Shown here in pieces: positions 1 to 12,900 of a stretch of DNA of 64,000 nucleotides (positions are counted from its first letter, which is position 1; each line of letters starts with the position of its first letter). The position numbers were made by a program, and so were the translations under genes. This DNA comes from Carcharhinus longimanus. Its lineage: Eukaryota. The stretch spans positions 8,544,137-8,608,136 of the forward strand of contig JASCQW010000119.1 of NCBI GenBank assembly GCA_030264375.1, given 5' to 3'. The notes under the pieces were generated by a model that had not been told where the DNA came from, did no database searches, and was given only the letters and a program-made list of their open reading frames with translations.

Positions 1-183
1 CTTATCTGCAATAATCATTGAACAAGTGCCCCTCTGCAACCAAAGCAAATGAACAATTATCTTAAATTCGTGTTATCTTCTTGTAAATAACGAGTGAATT
101 TAATTCGAATTCTATAATATGCAACGCGTATTTCCAAACTATTTAGTGTAAGCTGTCATATCAGCAATGTCCTTGTTACAATA

Positions 184-1020
184 TGATGTGCAGATGCCGG
201 CGCTGGACTAGGGTATACATAGCATGAATTCTTAGAACACCATGATAAATTCCAATGGGCTTGTTTGGTAACTAAAACGACTAGCTTTCGGACCCCTGCT
301 CCGTCGTCAGGTAAGTGGGAGTTATGCTCACAAACAGGGCATCTAAAGACGCAAACTCAATTTCCAAATAATGGTTGGAATGTTTGTCTTTACAGGTAAT
401 CAAGTTTTAAAGTTGCAGAAAATGTGAGTGGAGAGAGAATTAAGCACAGGTTAAAGAGATGTGCATTGCCTCCCGACAGGACAGTTAATGAGATTTGAAA
501 ATCCAGGCAAGCCTTGCGTGGTTACTGATACTGTGTCATTAACCCATGATCTCGGTTGAGGCCGCCCTTATATGTACGGAACTTGGTTATCATACAATGC
601 GTTGTCGTGTGTCGCAAAGGCCGCCTTGAAGAATACTGACCCGAAGACCAGAGGCCAAATGCCCGTGGCCGCTGAAGTGTTCTGCAACAGGAAGAGAACA
701 ATCTCGCCTGGTGATTGTCCAGACGTCTTCCTTCATCTGCTGTTGTAGATTCTGCATGGACTCCCCAATGTACCATGCCTCGTGAAATTCTATCCTGCAA
801 CCTCTCGTTTAGGCAATGTTGTCCGAGTTGCAAGAGTATGTATGGTGTACCGGATGGATGGTGTTATCATGTGAGATGATGGTATCAGTTTCAACGATCC
901 GGCATGTCTTGTAGAGGTTGTTCTGGCAGGGTTGTATGGTGTCATTCTCACTGTTCTCCTGAAGTCTGCATAGTTTGTTGCGGATAATGGTCTGTTTGAG
1001 GTTGTGCGTTGAAGGTCAGA
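184..1020 (-). mobile_element. Penelope-like retroelement, GIY-YIG endonuclease end plus pLTR/3' UTR (left arm of a fold-back)
   Basis: Minus-strand ORF 522-833 ends ...ITKFRTYKGGLNRDHGLMTQYQ, a Penelope GIY-YIG C-terminus. The segment is the reverse complement of 1160-1975. It is decayed. Confidence 0.85.
279..316 (-). ncRNA. Minimal type I hammerhead ribozyme motif in Penelope pLTR (degenerate)
   Basis: Reverse complement reads TTAC-CTGACGA-CGGAGCAGGGGTCC-GAAA-GC-TA-GTC. Core boxes CUGANGA and GAAA are intact; the stems are imperfect. Confidence 0.55.
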
Positions 1021-1159
1021 GTGCCCTTCACAGTCCAGTGCTCCCACGTCCCCCCCCCCCCGCCCCCAACACACACACACACAGAAACGACGAGATGTTC
1101 TCTGGAGCATTCAACATGTCATTGATGAGAACGAACATCTCGCCAAGGCCATCCCCACA

Positions 1160-1975
1160 AACTCACTAATTGCCGTCTAACAACCACACAACCTTAAGCA
1201 GACCATTGTCCACAACAAACTCCCAAGACTTCAGGAGAACAGTGACCACAACACCATATTGCCACAACAACCTCTGTAAGCCATGCTGGTTCATCGACAT
1301 GGGTGGCATCATCTTACGTGAGAAAACCGTCCACCAGGTACACGGTACATCGTCTGGCAACTAGGTCAATGTTGTCTGCCTGATACGCTGCAGGAAAGGA
1401 TGGCTCGAAGCATGGTACCCTGGGGCGACCATGCAGATCCTATAATAACGGATGAATGGACACCAGTCGACAATAACGAGGCAAGAGTGCTCTCTCCCTG
1501 TTGGAGAACACTTCAGCGGTCAGGGGCATTCGGCCTCTGATTATCGGGTTAGCGTTCTCCAAGGCGGTCTTGATGACACACGACAATGCAGAGTCGCTGA
1601 GCAGAGAGTGATAGCCAAGTTCCGCACACATGAGGACGGCCTCAACCGGAAACGTAGGTCCATGTCACAATGTCTGTCACCCCCACGGCTTGCCTGGGGT
1701 TGCAAAATCTCACTAAACATCATGTCTGGAGACAATAAACATGTTTTTAACCTGTGCTTAATGCTCTCTCCACTCACATTTGCTGAATCTTTGAGTACCT
1801 GTGAAGACTCGCATTTCAACCTTAATTTTGTATATTGCTTTTGAGTCTTTATACGTCCTGCTTGAGAACAGAACTCTCACTGACGAAGAGCAGCGCTCCG
1901 AAAGCTTGTGGCTTTTGCTTGCAAATAAACATGATGGACTTTAACCTGGTGTTGCAAGACTTCTTGTTTTTAAAA
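1160..1975 (+). mobile_element. Penelope-like retroelement, GIY-YIG endonuclease end plus pLTR (right arm of a fold-back)
   Basis: Frameshifted peptides CHNNLCKPC...VHQVHG and RMNGHQSTITRQECSLPVGEHFSGQGHS...AEQRVIAKFRTHEDGLNR. Tail CAAATAAAC...GGACTTTAACCTGGTGTTG. Confidence 0.9.
1874..1912 (+). ncRNA. Minimal type I hammerhead ribozyme motif in Penelope pLTR
   Basis: CTCTCA-CTGACGA-AGAGCAGCGCTCC-GAAA-GC-TT-GTGG. Core boxes are present, stem II is GAGC/GCTC, and a palindromic AGCT replaces stem III. Confidence 0.6.
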
Positions 1976-2284
1976 CACCGACATATTGAGTCTTTCAGTG
2001 ACAAGTTCCTTAAGAAGTACCCGATTCAAAACATTATTTTAAAGATTGTTCGACAGTAATTAAAATAACACGTTAAATATTGCCCGCCAGTTTGATTTAT
2101 TTTGATATCATTTGTTATTCTCTCATTCATTAGGAAAGTGAAAGCTATTGCTTCTTGCATGCTGGACAGAGAGTGCTTACCGTTAACAGAGAAGAAAAGC
2201 AGTACACCATGTTGTCTTACCGTCAAAGCTCGGATGCAGAGAAAGATCAACTCAGTGCGAGAGAAATCTACTAACAAACACTGC

Positions 2285-2610
2285 AGGCAGCACAGAAGAA
2301 ATTGTCCTTGAATCTTTTAGTCCAAGTCCTCACACTTTTGCATGTTTTTTTTTCCTGATGGAAGAAGCTGGAAGACAGTGTGGTCAAAATGCGTGCGGTC
2401 CTTAATTGTCATGACATTTTAAATATTTTTTCCGGGCAGTAGGCCGTGCGCACAGGGTCAATGGATAGGAGGCTGGTTTGTGTGAAGGACTGGACCTCAT
2501 TGTTGACCGTTTGTAATGCCTGTCTTGCGGTCTTCAGTAGAGCAGCAGCAATATCAAGCTGGGATGTTGCCAGAAAAATGATTTCTATGTTGCATCTGGA
2601 AAGATTGTGA
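2285..2610 (-). mobile_element. Rex1/Babar-like LINE 3' fragment (continues at about 3240-3500 after a Penelope insertion)
   Basis: Nucleotide similarity to 31360-31650 of the larger Rex1/Babar copy in this window. Decayed. Confidence 0.55.
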
Positions 2611-3243
2611 AGCAGAAATGCCGGCGCTGGATTGGGTTTTGGGCACGTTAAGACGTCTCACGACATCAAGTTAAATTCCAACAAGTTTATTTAGTTGATC
2701 GACCTTTTGGAGTGCTGCTAACATGCAAACGCTCTGACAATGGATGAACGGACACAATTCAATAATCACCAGGCAGGAGTTTTCCCTTCCTGCCGGGGAA
2801 CACTTCAGAAGTCAAGGGCATTCTGTCTCCGATCTTCGGGTAAGCCTTCCCTAAGGAAACCTTCAAGACTGAAAACAACACAAAATCAACGAGCAGAAAC
2901 TGATAACACGCATGAAGACGGCTTCAACCGGGATATTGGGGTCATGTCACATTATGTATAACCACGGACATTGGCATGGGCTTCCAAAATCCTCCCAATT
3001 GTCCCGACTTGAGACAGTTCAAACTCCCTTACTGTTATTAGCCCTCTCTCTACTCACATTGTCTGTGCCTGTAATGACTTGATTACCTGCTAAGGCTCGT
3101 ATTCGATTCATTATAGTGCAATTGAACCTGTGTCTATTATTTGCCCGTCTTGTGAACCCAAATCTCCTCTCTCCTGGTAACATGCTCTCTAAAAACTCGT
3201 GCTACCAAATAACAATGTTGGACTTTAACTTGCTGTTGTGAGA
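2611..3243 (+). mobile_element. Penelope fragment: inverted pLTR (about 2611-2720) fused to a + strand GIY-YIG end
   Basis: ORF 2740-2961 ends THEDGFNRDIGVMSHYV. The 5' part matches 190-295; the 3' tail GCTACCAAATAAC...GGACTTTAAC matches 1915-1960. Confidence 0.8.
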
Positions 3244-3604
3244 ATTGTAGCTGACATTTCGATTTTTTTTGTCTTCGAAGAATGTAGAGGTGTTGGCGGA
3301 CATTCTTAACTGTAGAAAAAAAAACACGGGCGACTTTCTGTGCAGCGATCACCGCTGTGCTGAAGCAGCATAATACACATTAGTGAGGCAGCACTCTCTT
3401 AGTCAGTTTGCTTGGAGGTTGCGTCACATATTTTATTAAAGAAAACTTTTTTGTTTTCCGATCTATAATCGGCGAGCAGTGAAGCAGGGGATCTCTCTCT
3501 AAATAGTTCTGATGTTGATCTGTTTGAAAAAAAATGAATTGAAGTGTTGTCGTTTACGATCGTCCTTACAAGCCTCAACGGCGAATTAACACATTTAATT
3601 TATG

Positions 3605-4110
3605 TTAAGTTCCCTTCTGTTACAGTTTTGGTCCCCTTATTTGAGAAAGACTTTCGAGGCACTGGAGGCATTTCAGAGGACAATCATTGCTTTCTGAGAT
3701 GAGGAGTTTGTCGTATGAAGAGAGATTGGAAAGTTTAGGCATAAAATCCATAGTTTAGATGAAGGGAGGAGATCAAATTGAGATGTGCAGGATAATGAAA
3801 GATATGACTAAATTCGTCCTGGGCCATTCAATTTTGTAGAACATTTTAGAACGAGAAGTCATAGTCTTTGGTTAAGGCTTGGAAGCTTTAAAAGAGTGTT
3901 GAACTGAAACGATTTCTCCTTAATCTGTGAAACTTGTTATCCCAGGATGCTTTCGATTCTTGTAGAATGAATGCATTTAAGGATAAGATCGGCCCCTTTT
4001 TCTTTGTTAATGTTTTGAAAGATTATGTGGAGAAAGCAGGAAAATGGAAACGAGGAGCCATGAATAAATGGTGAAGCAGACTCGATGGGCCGAATGGCCT
4101 AATGCTGGCA
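3605..4110 (+). mobile_element. CR1 LINE 3' end, decayed
   Basis: TTTTGGTCCCCTTATTTGAGAAAGA ... TATGAAGAGAGATTG ... 3' UTR GACTCGATGGGCCGAATGGCCT, typical of elasmobranch CR1/HER1-like tails. Confidence 0.8.
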
Positions 4111-4199
4111 AACCATCTTGAGAAATAATTTAATACTGTAGTTTATTTGGATCATTGCAATTATAAGTCAACATATGCTAAACTAATTCAATAATGCTC

Positions 4200-5620
4200 T
4201 TTATGTTGATTTCCCCCGCCTTCCAAATGAAGTTAACTGCCTCGGGACAGTTTAAGGTCTTAGTTCATAATTGAAAATCTCTTATAAGCTGACGTGAACT
4301 ATCACTCTGGCAATCATTTAGAATCCTGAGCAGACGAGAATTTTAGAGTCAAGTCCCACAAATATTCACACCTCCGCGTTTCCACAATAAGATTGAGAAT
4401 TGCAAATTATCTTTTGCCGGATCCGTGTAAGTGCAGTTATCATGAGAGAAGTGTCAGGCTACATGTTCGCCTATATCTCCGAGGAGGCATACCAGTTACC
4501 CACCCATTCGAGTGCACAGGCAAAGAACATCATATGAAATGATGTTGCAGGAGATACGTGCCAAACACATTGCCCTTCAACAAGGTAGCAATGGCCGCTT
4601 TGTGAAATGTTCACTTCAAGTTGAAACCCAATTCTCACTGCCGTTCTACCTTAATTGAGGAGATAAAAGTTGCATAAGCAATGCAATGTGGCGTTTGGTC
4701 CTTTCAACATGACATCAGTGGAAGTTGTAATATTTCAGAAAATGATGAGAGATTGTACATTCAGCAGCTAACTGATGTGATTTTTCGGAGGTGGTTTAAG
4801 CTTATTAATCTTGAGGCATTCCCTGCAATGATGGTGAGATCCGTCACATTGCATATGATTGTTGACTTTTCAAACGTAATTTGAGCTGTTGACAGAAGAC
4901 ACATTGCACTGAAGAGTGCAAAAATAATGACACTTCTTCGTTAATTAGCATGAAGGGATACCAACCTTTAAATGTTATGATTGCATGTAATGTACAAATC
5001 AGGATCTTCAATGTAAAGGATAACAACCAGGGATAAGACGATGATTCGATCTCCTTAAAAATTCTATTCATATCATAGTACAGTAGAAACAAGGTATCCC
5101 TACCACGCAAAAGGGGGCCGTTCGCCCCATCGAGTCTGCAAGACCACGATCCCAACCAGCCCCAATCCCCATAATCTCATGCANNNNNNNNNNNNNNNNN
5201 NNNNNNNNNNNNNNNNNNNNNNNNNNNNNNNNNNNNNNNNNNNNNNNNNNNNNNNNNNNNNNNNNNNNNNNNNNNNNNNNNNNAGTTTAGGCACACACTA
5301 ACGACATGAAGCACTAGGCCAATCTCGAACAACCAAGAGCAGCCCCAGTACGACCCATTGCGTGTATGCCCCTCATTGGACACGAGGTGGACCGACTTAA
5401 AACCTGTGAATGAAAAGAGAAAAAACATCATTATCATACTATACCCATTTACATTACCACGGACGCCCCAATGTTAATGACCCTTATTTAAAAGGATCTC
5501 CTACATCCACCCATCTCCAACTCTGTCAGGTAACTAAATACTACGCATCCCTCCTGTGCATGCATTCCTCCTTTCAAAAATTCAATCTCCTTTATCACCT
5601 CGTCAGCAAAAAACAAAATC
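4200..5620 (+). mobile_element. Retroviral pol relic B (tether, RNase H, integrase end), interrupted by a repeat tail and a gap
   Basis: Hand translations: 4442-4537 VSGYMFAYISEEAYQLPTHSSAQAKN (cf. GYA...LPxHxSAQAAEL); 4604-4639 EMFTSS*NPIL (cf. GFLTSSGxPI); about 5378-5470 TRWTDLKP...TSLS...YHGRP (cf. WxDLLP...LSP...YGRP). Motif order is colinear with pol. Confidence 0.5.
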
Positions 5621-6384
5621 AGGAACTATTTTGTTAAAGTAGAAAAAATAAATTTAATTGTTCATGGTGTTAATGTTGCAAAATATATTTTCATGCAAAA
5701 GAAAATTTAGTTGAGGTTTTTATGCTAAGTTAACTGTGAACATGATTAAAGTTTTCTTTTTCATAAAATTAATATTGACGTGTATTTCATGTTTTTTCTA
5801 TTGTACTTAGCAAAATTGAACAACGTATTTTTATAAGAATCACAATGTAACATTGAAATATGATAACACTGACTGAATAGATTAAATACATTTCACAGGA
5901 ATGTTAAACACGAGCACGTTGTAATAAAGTAATAAGTGGCACCTTATCTGGAGAGAGGGTTCTTGAGGAAGGGCTGGCAATGTGAAAGAGAGGAAAGGGA
6001 CCCTAATTATTCCTGCATCTTTTCCAGTCATTCCCATATACACGATGTATCACTCTGCATTCCTGTTGGACCAGATTCTTACTCCACGGTAACTCTTTTC
6101 TGAAAGGGGTGTGTCCTGCTGAGAGGGAACAGACGCATACGTCATCAACTTATTTATTCACTGCCGAATAATCTCATCATTATATCTCAGCAGCTGGTTC
6201 TGCTGTTCCAAAAACTGTATCAGCAGTACATTTCATTGCACCGCACTCTCATGATGTTATCTAAGCACGGCATTTGCTACTTGGAGCTGTTGGGGGATAT
6301 CACTCTGGCCTACAGTTTGTCTTTTTCCAGTTTCAGCATACACTTATGCTAATGTCGTTCCAACCGCCCACAGATTCTTCAGTT

Positions 6385-6576
6385 AGAATCCATCATAAAA
6401 GAAGAATTAGCAGGGCACCTGGAAAAGAATAGTTCAATCAAGCAGACGCGGCATGGATTCATGAAGGGAAAGTCGTGTTTGGCGAATTTACTAGATTTTT
6501 ATGAAAATGTGACTAGTGCAGTTGACAGAGGGGAACAAGTGGATCTGGTGTTTTTAGATTTCCAGAAGGCGTTGAT
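6385..6576 (+). mobile_element. CR1 ORF2 reverse transcriptase fragment
   Basis: HGFMKGKSCLANLLDFYENVTSAVDRGEQVDLVFLDFQKA, canonical CR1 RT motifs. Confidence 0.9.
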
Positions 6577-7029
6577 GTTAGTGATATATAAACATTTATA
6601 TTCTCTTCAGCTGAACCTCAGGTTCAGAAATATGCCAAAAGAATACTTCATGCTTAATATCTCCCTGTTACACCTGGAGTGGGATTAGACTCATAGGCTC
6701 CTGTTGAAACTGGCACAGTTTCCTTCCACTTCATCACTGCTGAGAATGACAAGATTTTAATTCCTCCCTCGCTGCTGACTAATAGCCTGTCTGGACTGGG
6801 ACATCGCTGATACAATGTTTGGTGTGTGGCGTTCCCATCTCTGTGCTATTTCCAGGAACTGAGTCCACAGTTCCGGTAACTGTTGAGTCATAGGAAAAGC
6901 TTGGCTTGATCGTCACTCCAGACCACTGGATAAAGCTGACATGGGGGTTCTTTTTACCTTTCCTCAGTCTATTCACAGCGACTCTGCCTTGGTCATCCTG
7001 TTTCTTCTCTAGGATTCTTAATCAGGCTA

Positions 7030-7243
7030 TAGTCTCTGCCCGTTGAAGAGATGGAGGCTACCTCGCTGAATATATTTAAGTCACGGGTAGATACTTTTCT
7101 GATAGACAAGAGAATTAAGGGTTATGTGGAGAAAGCAGGAAAATGGAACTGATCCGCTTCAGATCAGCCATGATCTCATTGAGTGGCGGGGCAGGCTCGA
7201 GGGGCTAGATGGCCTACTCTTGCTCCTATTTCTTATGTTATTA
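7030..7243 (+). mobile_element. CR1 LINE 3' end/UTR
   Basis: GATCAGCCATGATCTCATTGAGTGGCGGGGCAGGCTCGAGGGGCTAGATGGCCTACTC...TTCTTATGTT tail. Confidence 0.9.
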
Positions 7244-8429
7244 AGTAAATATTACTTCGAGAGTGATTTTTCATCCAAAATATTACATACCTTGGCTGAA
7301 TGCATTCAACCATTTATTGTGACGCTGGCCCGCGATCCTCGGCCTTTACTATCGACAGACATTAATTTTGCTATTTCTTTCCAGGCTATAGTTTATACTT
7401 TACACTGACCAAAGTTTGAAATTTTCTTACTTCAGTTCATATATTACATTTTCCAAATAACGTTCAGAAAAATGATGATTTCTCATTTTTTCAGCAAACG
7501 TTTCAGTGGCCATGTTCGAAATTAAAAAAAAACGAAACTCTCACATGCATGCCGGGTTTATTAAAAGTCATTATAATAATTCAACGCAGATTTAGGGAGA
7601 CACGAGAAATTTCACACCTATGATTCTATGACTCTAAATCGTACTCTTGCAAATTTGAAACCAATGTTTGAAATGATTTGTTTATGAATGTATAAAATAA
7701 TATCCATGCACAATAATGAAAATACATTCACATTTCAGTTTGAATCAGCTAATAACAAGATTATCAAATATTTAAAATAAATAGTAAAATACAATACCTT
7801 TCCAAATATATTATAACAGAAGGGCAAGGTTCAATTCTCATGGCAAAATAAAAACGTTTTCTTGAACCTGGGCCTCAATGTTCGTTTCCAGGCTTTTCGC
7901 GGCAGAAGGAGCTTTGTCAGCAATGTCCTGTCGCACGCTGAAGCCAGGTCAGAAAACGCCACTGTTGGGCTGATGACGATGCAGACATCACTAGCTTCGA
8001 CAGAACGTTTCCTGAACAACTCTGCGAAAGTACTGATGTACACATTCAGTGCAGCTATCTCACCAGTCCCCACCTTGTCGCAGGACATCGGTAACCATGT
8101 TCCCTTATGACGCTGCAAGCCTTCGAACGCCCAGTGAAATCCATGCTTCAAAGGTTGGTTTTATACTGAACGGGGAACTTTCCTCTTTTAAAGGTATGTG
8201 TTTATATATGTACATATTTCTACAATTTCTTTGAAGAACTACTGCTATTGCCTCACTCATGCTGTATGGCTAGCATTATTTAAATCATTCGACGTGAGTA
8301 CAGTTTAATATGTATCAGCGAACAAATGTTTGATTTGATTCAAATTTCTGAAAGTAGAGTTTCAAGTCAAAATATCATAAGAACAAAATTAAGCGTTCAA
8401 CCCACCACTGGAATCACATTGAGTGAAGG

Positions 8430-8740
8430 TCGAACAATGGAAAGTTCTGTTGTGCTCGGTGGACTCTTACATTCTTGGGAAGAATGCGGCCATGCTCTAT
8501 CCTCATAACCCCATGCATTTATGTTGCTAACCTCCCTCACATGAAGGTACAATTTAGCATGTTCAGTCAACATAACATGCACATTCTTGTCTGTGGGAGG
8601 ACACCGGAGCACCCGGAGAAGTCCGCACAGACACAAGGAAACATGCAAACTCCACTGAAACGATCATTCAAGCCAGGAATCTCGCACTTGTCCCTGAATT
8701 TGAGGATGAATGGTCACTACTGTGCCATGCGTCACCCTAA
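8430..8740 (-). mobile_element. tRNA-derived V-SINE (HE1-like), decayed
   Basis: Reverse complement of the V-domain: TGTGGGAGGACACCGGAGCACCCGGAG...CAGACACAAGGAAACATGCAAACTCCAC. Confidence 0.85.
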
Positions 8741-9756
8741 ATCAGCACTATAAAATTGTGCACATTTTTTGTTTAATTTGTGCTACATTGTTAAAAGTGT
8801 TTCTGTGTCTTAAGTTATAATATGCTCACACATTCATGAACCATGATTTGGATGCCTGCATGAGGTAAATCAAAGGAGATCACCCTTTTTGGGCCACGGA
8901 AAATTAAATGCGTTTGTCATCGTTGTTCTTCCGCCTTGTCTCATTTATTTCTATTTTTCATATTTTACTGTTCTGTATGTTTCAACAATGTACTTATGTA
9001 ATTTCCTCTTGAAATGTTTTTGTTTCAATAATTCATTTGCATAATGTTGTTGTTTAATGGAGACTTTTTTATTAACAAAACTAATATTACAAATACAAAA
9101 CTGTGATGCCATGTTAATATTTAACAACTGCATTGAAATGATTAATTGCCTCGTATTTTCAAGTTTTTTTTTGAAAATATATTTTCTACCAATGAATAAC
9201 ATATCTGCATATTGACAGAACGATTCTGTTGTCTCTAAACATGAAGGGGAGGGGTGGATAAGAGGAGTGGTAAGGAGGGGAGGGAAACAATGGAGTGGGT
9301 GGAACGGGAGGTAGTGGGAAAATGATTGTGGGGAACATAATTGTAGGGGGAAAGGAGGTTAATCGGGAACAGATGGGTGTAATGGAAGTGGAAAGACTTG
9401 GGGTTTTAGATGTAGTGTGACTTTTGCCTACATCAATATCTCAAAAACAAAATCAGTTCACAATCAAGTGAAAAGCACGATATTGCAGCAGTGGTAGAAC
9501 ACGGCCCCGGATTTTCGCCGGAGACCAAAATCACTTCAGCTTACTTGCATTCATCAACTGAAGGGATACACTTTCCTGAAGCATTTCAACTGGTCAAATT
9601 ACACAATGATCAACATCGTATCACTTAAAATAGAGTGAAAACAGTTAAATATATTGAAAAATCCAAAGGCTGAAATAAATTCCATGCACTGATATCCCAT
9701 ATCTTAGATGTGAACGAACATTTTAATACAATTATTTGTCATGACAAAGCTTTCAT

Positions 9757-9773
9757 GACAACAACAACAACAA

Positions 9774-9804
<31 letters not shown>

Positions 9805-9832
9805 AAGAAGAAGGAGAAGAAGAAGAAGAAAG
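9757..9832. repeat. Compound (CAA)n(GAA)n microsatellite
   Basis: Directly visible. Confidence 0.95.
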
Positions 9833-11599
9833 GTTCCGTCCTTTACGACTAAGTTGAAAAAAAAATGTAAAGCATGTGCAAAGTGAACGAGGGCAAAACC
9901 TCATCTAACAACAGCGCAAGTGCCGGACAGGTGGGCACAATTGCACCTGCACATCTTCGGGAGCAGAGAAATTCACGCTCTTTCAGTGCACTGGAGCTTG
10001 CAACGGGCCTTCTGTGACGTCCAAGGAGCAGCACTGGCGTTTATTCAACGTTGGCCGTCATTTTGTGCGAAAGGTTGGACCCCAATCATTTAATGTTGGC
10101 ACTAAATTAAACCTTCACGTGCACAGTGCATAAATGTTCAAAAAAAAAGCCCTACTGTCCATAGTCATTAATATAATCAACAGCAGTTAACAAACATGTA
10201 TATTATGTTTTATAGTAAATGTGAGTCAAATTGCACCGCACAGCAAAAAAAAAGTCGTTGAGACAGTGTAGAACGTTAAGACAACTGTCAATTCAGTAAA
10301 CAATAACTTAAAGCATGTTCTTCAGTTAAGACTAATTTGAACAATGCCTCCAGGTAAAAAAAAACACGTTTAAGGAGTGTCAACGTACGGCCATTGGTAC
10401 AATGCCCTTCTTTAAACAAAACTAAAGCATTTCCCTATGTAAAGCAGTCAACTGACCACGAACAACAGGATATCTATAACGTGATTTGAACAATGCCAAA
10501 CCATAGAGAGCCATTTGAGGAGTGACCTTCTGTAACACAGTTATTTTATAAAGATCCATATACCAAATAATCAATAAATTCTGGTCAAAGTGAAACATTA
10601 ATTTAAACTGTGCCCTTTTCTAAACAATCATTTCGTGTACTACAACAAAACGAAATAATAAAAAAGTCGTACTGTGTATTTAAAAGGACACCTATGATTT
10701 GATATCCGTCTCAATGTATTTCATCCAACGTCTGCTGTTCCGTTTGTGACTTGGTTGAATTATGTTTTGTGTTGCTATACCATTTGTCCATTTGTTTCGG
10801 TATTAGGATTTAACCTTTTTTTTGTGAAATTTACAGAATTCCTTTCGGAAGTGTCAGTACTGAAAAAAAGAATGCACTAATCAAACGTAACATTTTTGAT
10901 GCTATTCAAACAGATGAAAAAAAAACACGTTTGTGTGTGACACTTCAATTTCAACAGGAGCTGATACTTTTGTTGTATCTATGGCTCCCTCACCTGGTAT
11001 CTGATATATTCTGGCTCCACTTGTCCGCCACTACTTACTTTTTTTTTTCCGGAAGTTTCGAAATATGAGCCAGCAGGTAAGTTTGTGAATCGCTATTGCC
11101 GATGTTAATCATGAGGCATGTCATCAGGGCATTAGAGAAAGAGGATCTGAAATATAAAAATAAAACGTGATGATTGACGCTGGAAAACGATAAGTGCAAG
11201 CTTGCTGTGGTTGGATGATGAAAAGAACCAAACAGTATTTATAATTTTGAAGCAAAGGAATGCACAATCGATTAATAACATTTCGAATGAATTTTCGAAG
11301 TACATATTGACTAGGTGAAAGTGATTTGCTGTGCAGAATGAAATCTTTGGTTGTGTAGTATTAGTTTCGGGAGCTGATTCTTTATAAACACTATAGGGAA
11401 ATACCATTTTTCATTCAAAGTTAAGAAATGAGAAATAACTTAAATTTGTTGCAGCAGAGCATTTCGTGAAGAGTGAGGGAAAAAAGAAACATCATACACT
11501 CTCGTACACATTTCAGTTTTTCGTCCACTGTTGCATAATTTCACACACACACAATGTACAAACAGAAGAAACAAACACATAATATCAGATATCTTTTTA

Positions 11600-12900
11600 A
11601 GACATCCATCACTGATTTCTTATTTAATGCTATGCTAATACTACCACTCCAATTAGGCAGTGTGTTTGCAACCCAACGATTGTGTTTTGCCCCTGCCGGT
11701 TTCGTAACTCGAATCTAATTGACTCCAAATTATTCATGCTGACATTTTTACTCAATATCTTGCAATATATATTTTAATCAATAAGGCAACTCCAATCCTC
11801 TTTCCTTCATGTATGCCATTGCCAACACAGAAACAACCCATATTTTGAGATTACATCCTGGTATCCATAGAGCCATGTCTCCGCTATGCCTGGTGCATCC
11901 AGCCCGTTTATCACTCTGTACAACTTAGTTATTGATTCTGTTTGGAATGCCACGAGTGTTCACGTGCAAAAGCGTAATCAGAACGAAACTAAATTTTCTC
12001 GTTCCATTTCCACTCTGCATTGCTGTGTCCTTGTCTGACTGTCGAACTTTTTTTGTTGTTGTTGCCTATCAGTTTAATTAATCCCTTTGTTGCCTGATCC
12101 TCTTGATATTTATTCCCCTTTCTAGGAATCGTTGCGTTGGTTGCATGTCTGTCTCGGTCCTGCCGAGAGTAACATATTCAGTTTGTACAGGTCCTACACC
12201 CCATAGAATCGTTTTTAACGCCCCAAAAATCTGAAACCCTCCATTTGCGCCATATGTTCAGTCACATCATCGCTACGAATCCTGTTTATTCTGCTATAAC
12301 TAGCACACGACACTGGCATTAGTTCGGGGTTCAGCGTCATTGTGATCAAATATTTCAACTTTCTTCCTTGAACGCTGTATTTGACTGTCAGAGCATCATT
12401 TTTTTTTACCTTCGAAGTTTGTTCTTAACAGTGTATGACACGATCGCGAGCTCATCACATCCCTTATACAGAATGCCCCACAACTGTTCTGATTAATCTT
12501 TACCCCGACACCTTGGAAAAAAAAACACTCCTTAATAGCCTCGCTTGAGGCTACATAAATGCATGTCAAATGCCCTTGCAATTTAATCCACTAAATCCAT
12601 AGTATTTCAAATTCTGTTTTTCCTCCTAAAGATTTTCCCACGAATGTGGTTCCTTCTATTAAACCTTGAGATCCTTTTCACTTTAAAAAGATTCCCACAT
12701 GGGGGAAAAAGACAAGTCTCTGTCTGGCGGTCATCGAATCCCTTCTTGGTTGTTGTAACTGATCCCCCGAACTGCGTTCTTAATTCCAAACTCTGTTTCC
12801 AAGAACTGCAGCTTTAGACAGTTGCAGCATACTTTCAGGCCTTATACAGTTAACATGTTCGATTTCTCAAAAAAAAGAGCAGACCACAGTATTTTTCTGC
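11600..12900 (-). mobile_element. CR1 LINE 5' portion (ORF1 region into ORF2 endonuclease), heavily decayed
   Basis: Nucleotide motifs AGCCATGTCTC (ETWL reversed) and TTTGTACAGGTCC...AATCTGAAACCCTCC (ORF1 esterase region reversed). Confidence 0.55.
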
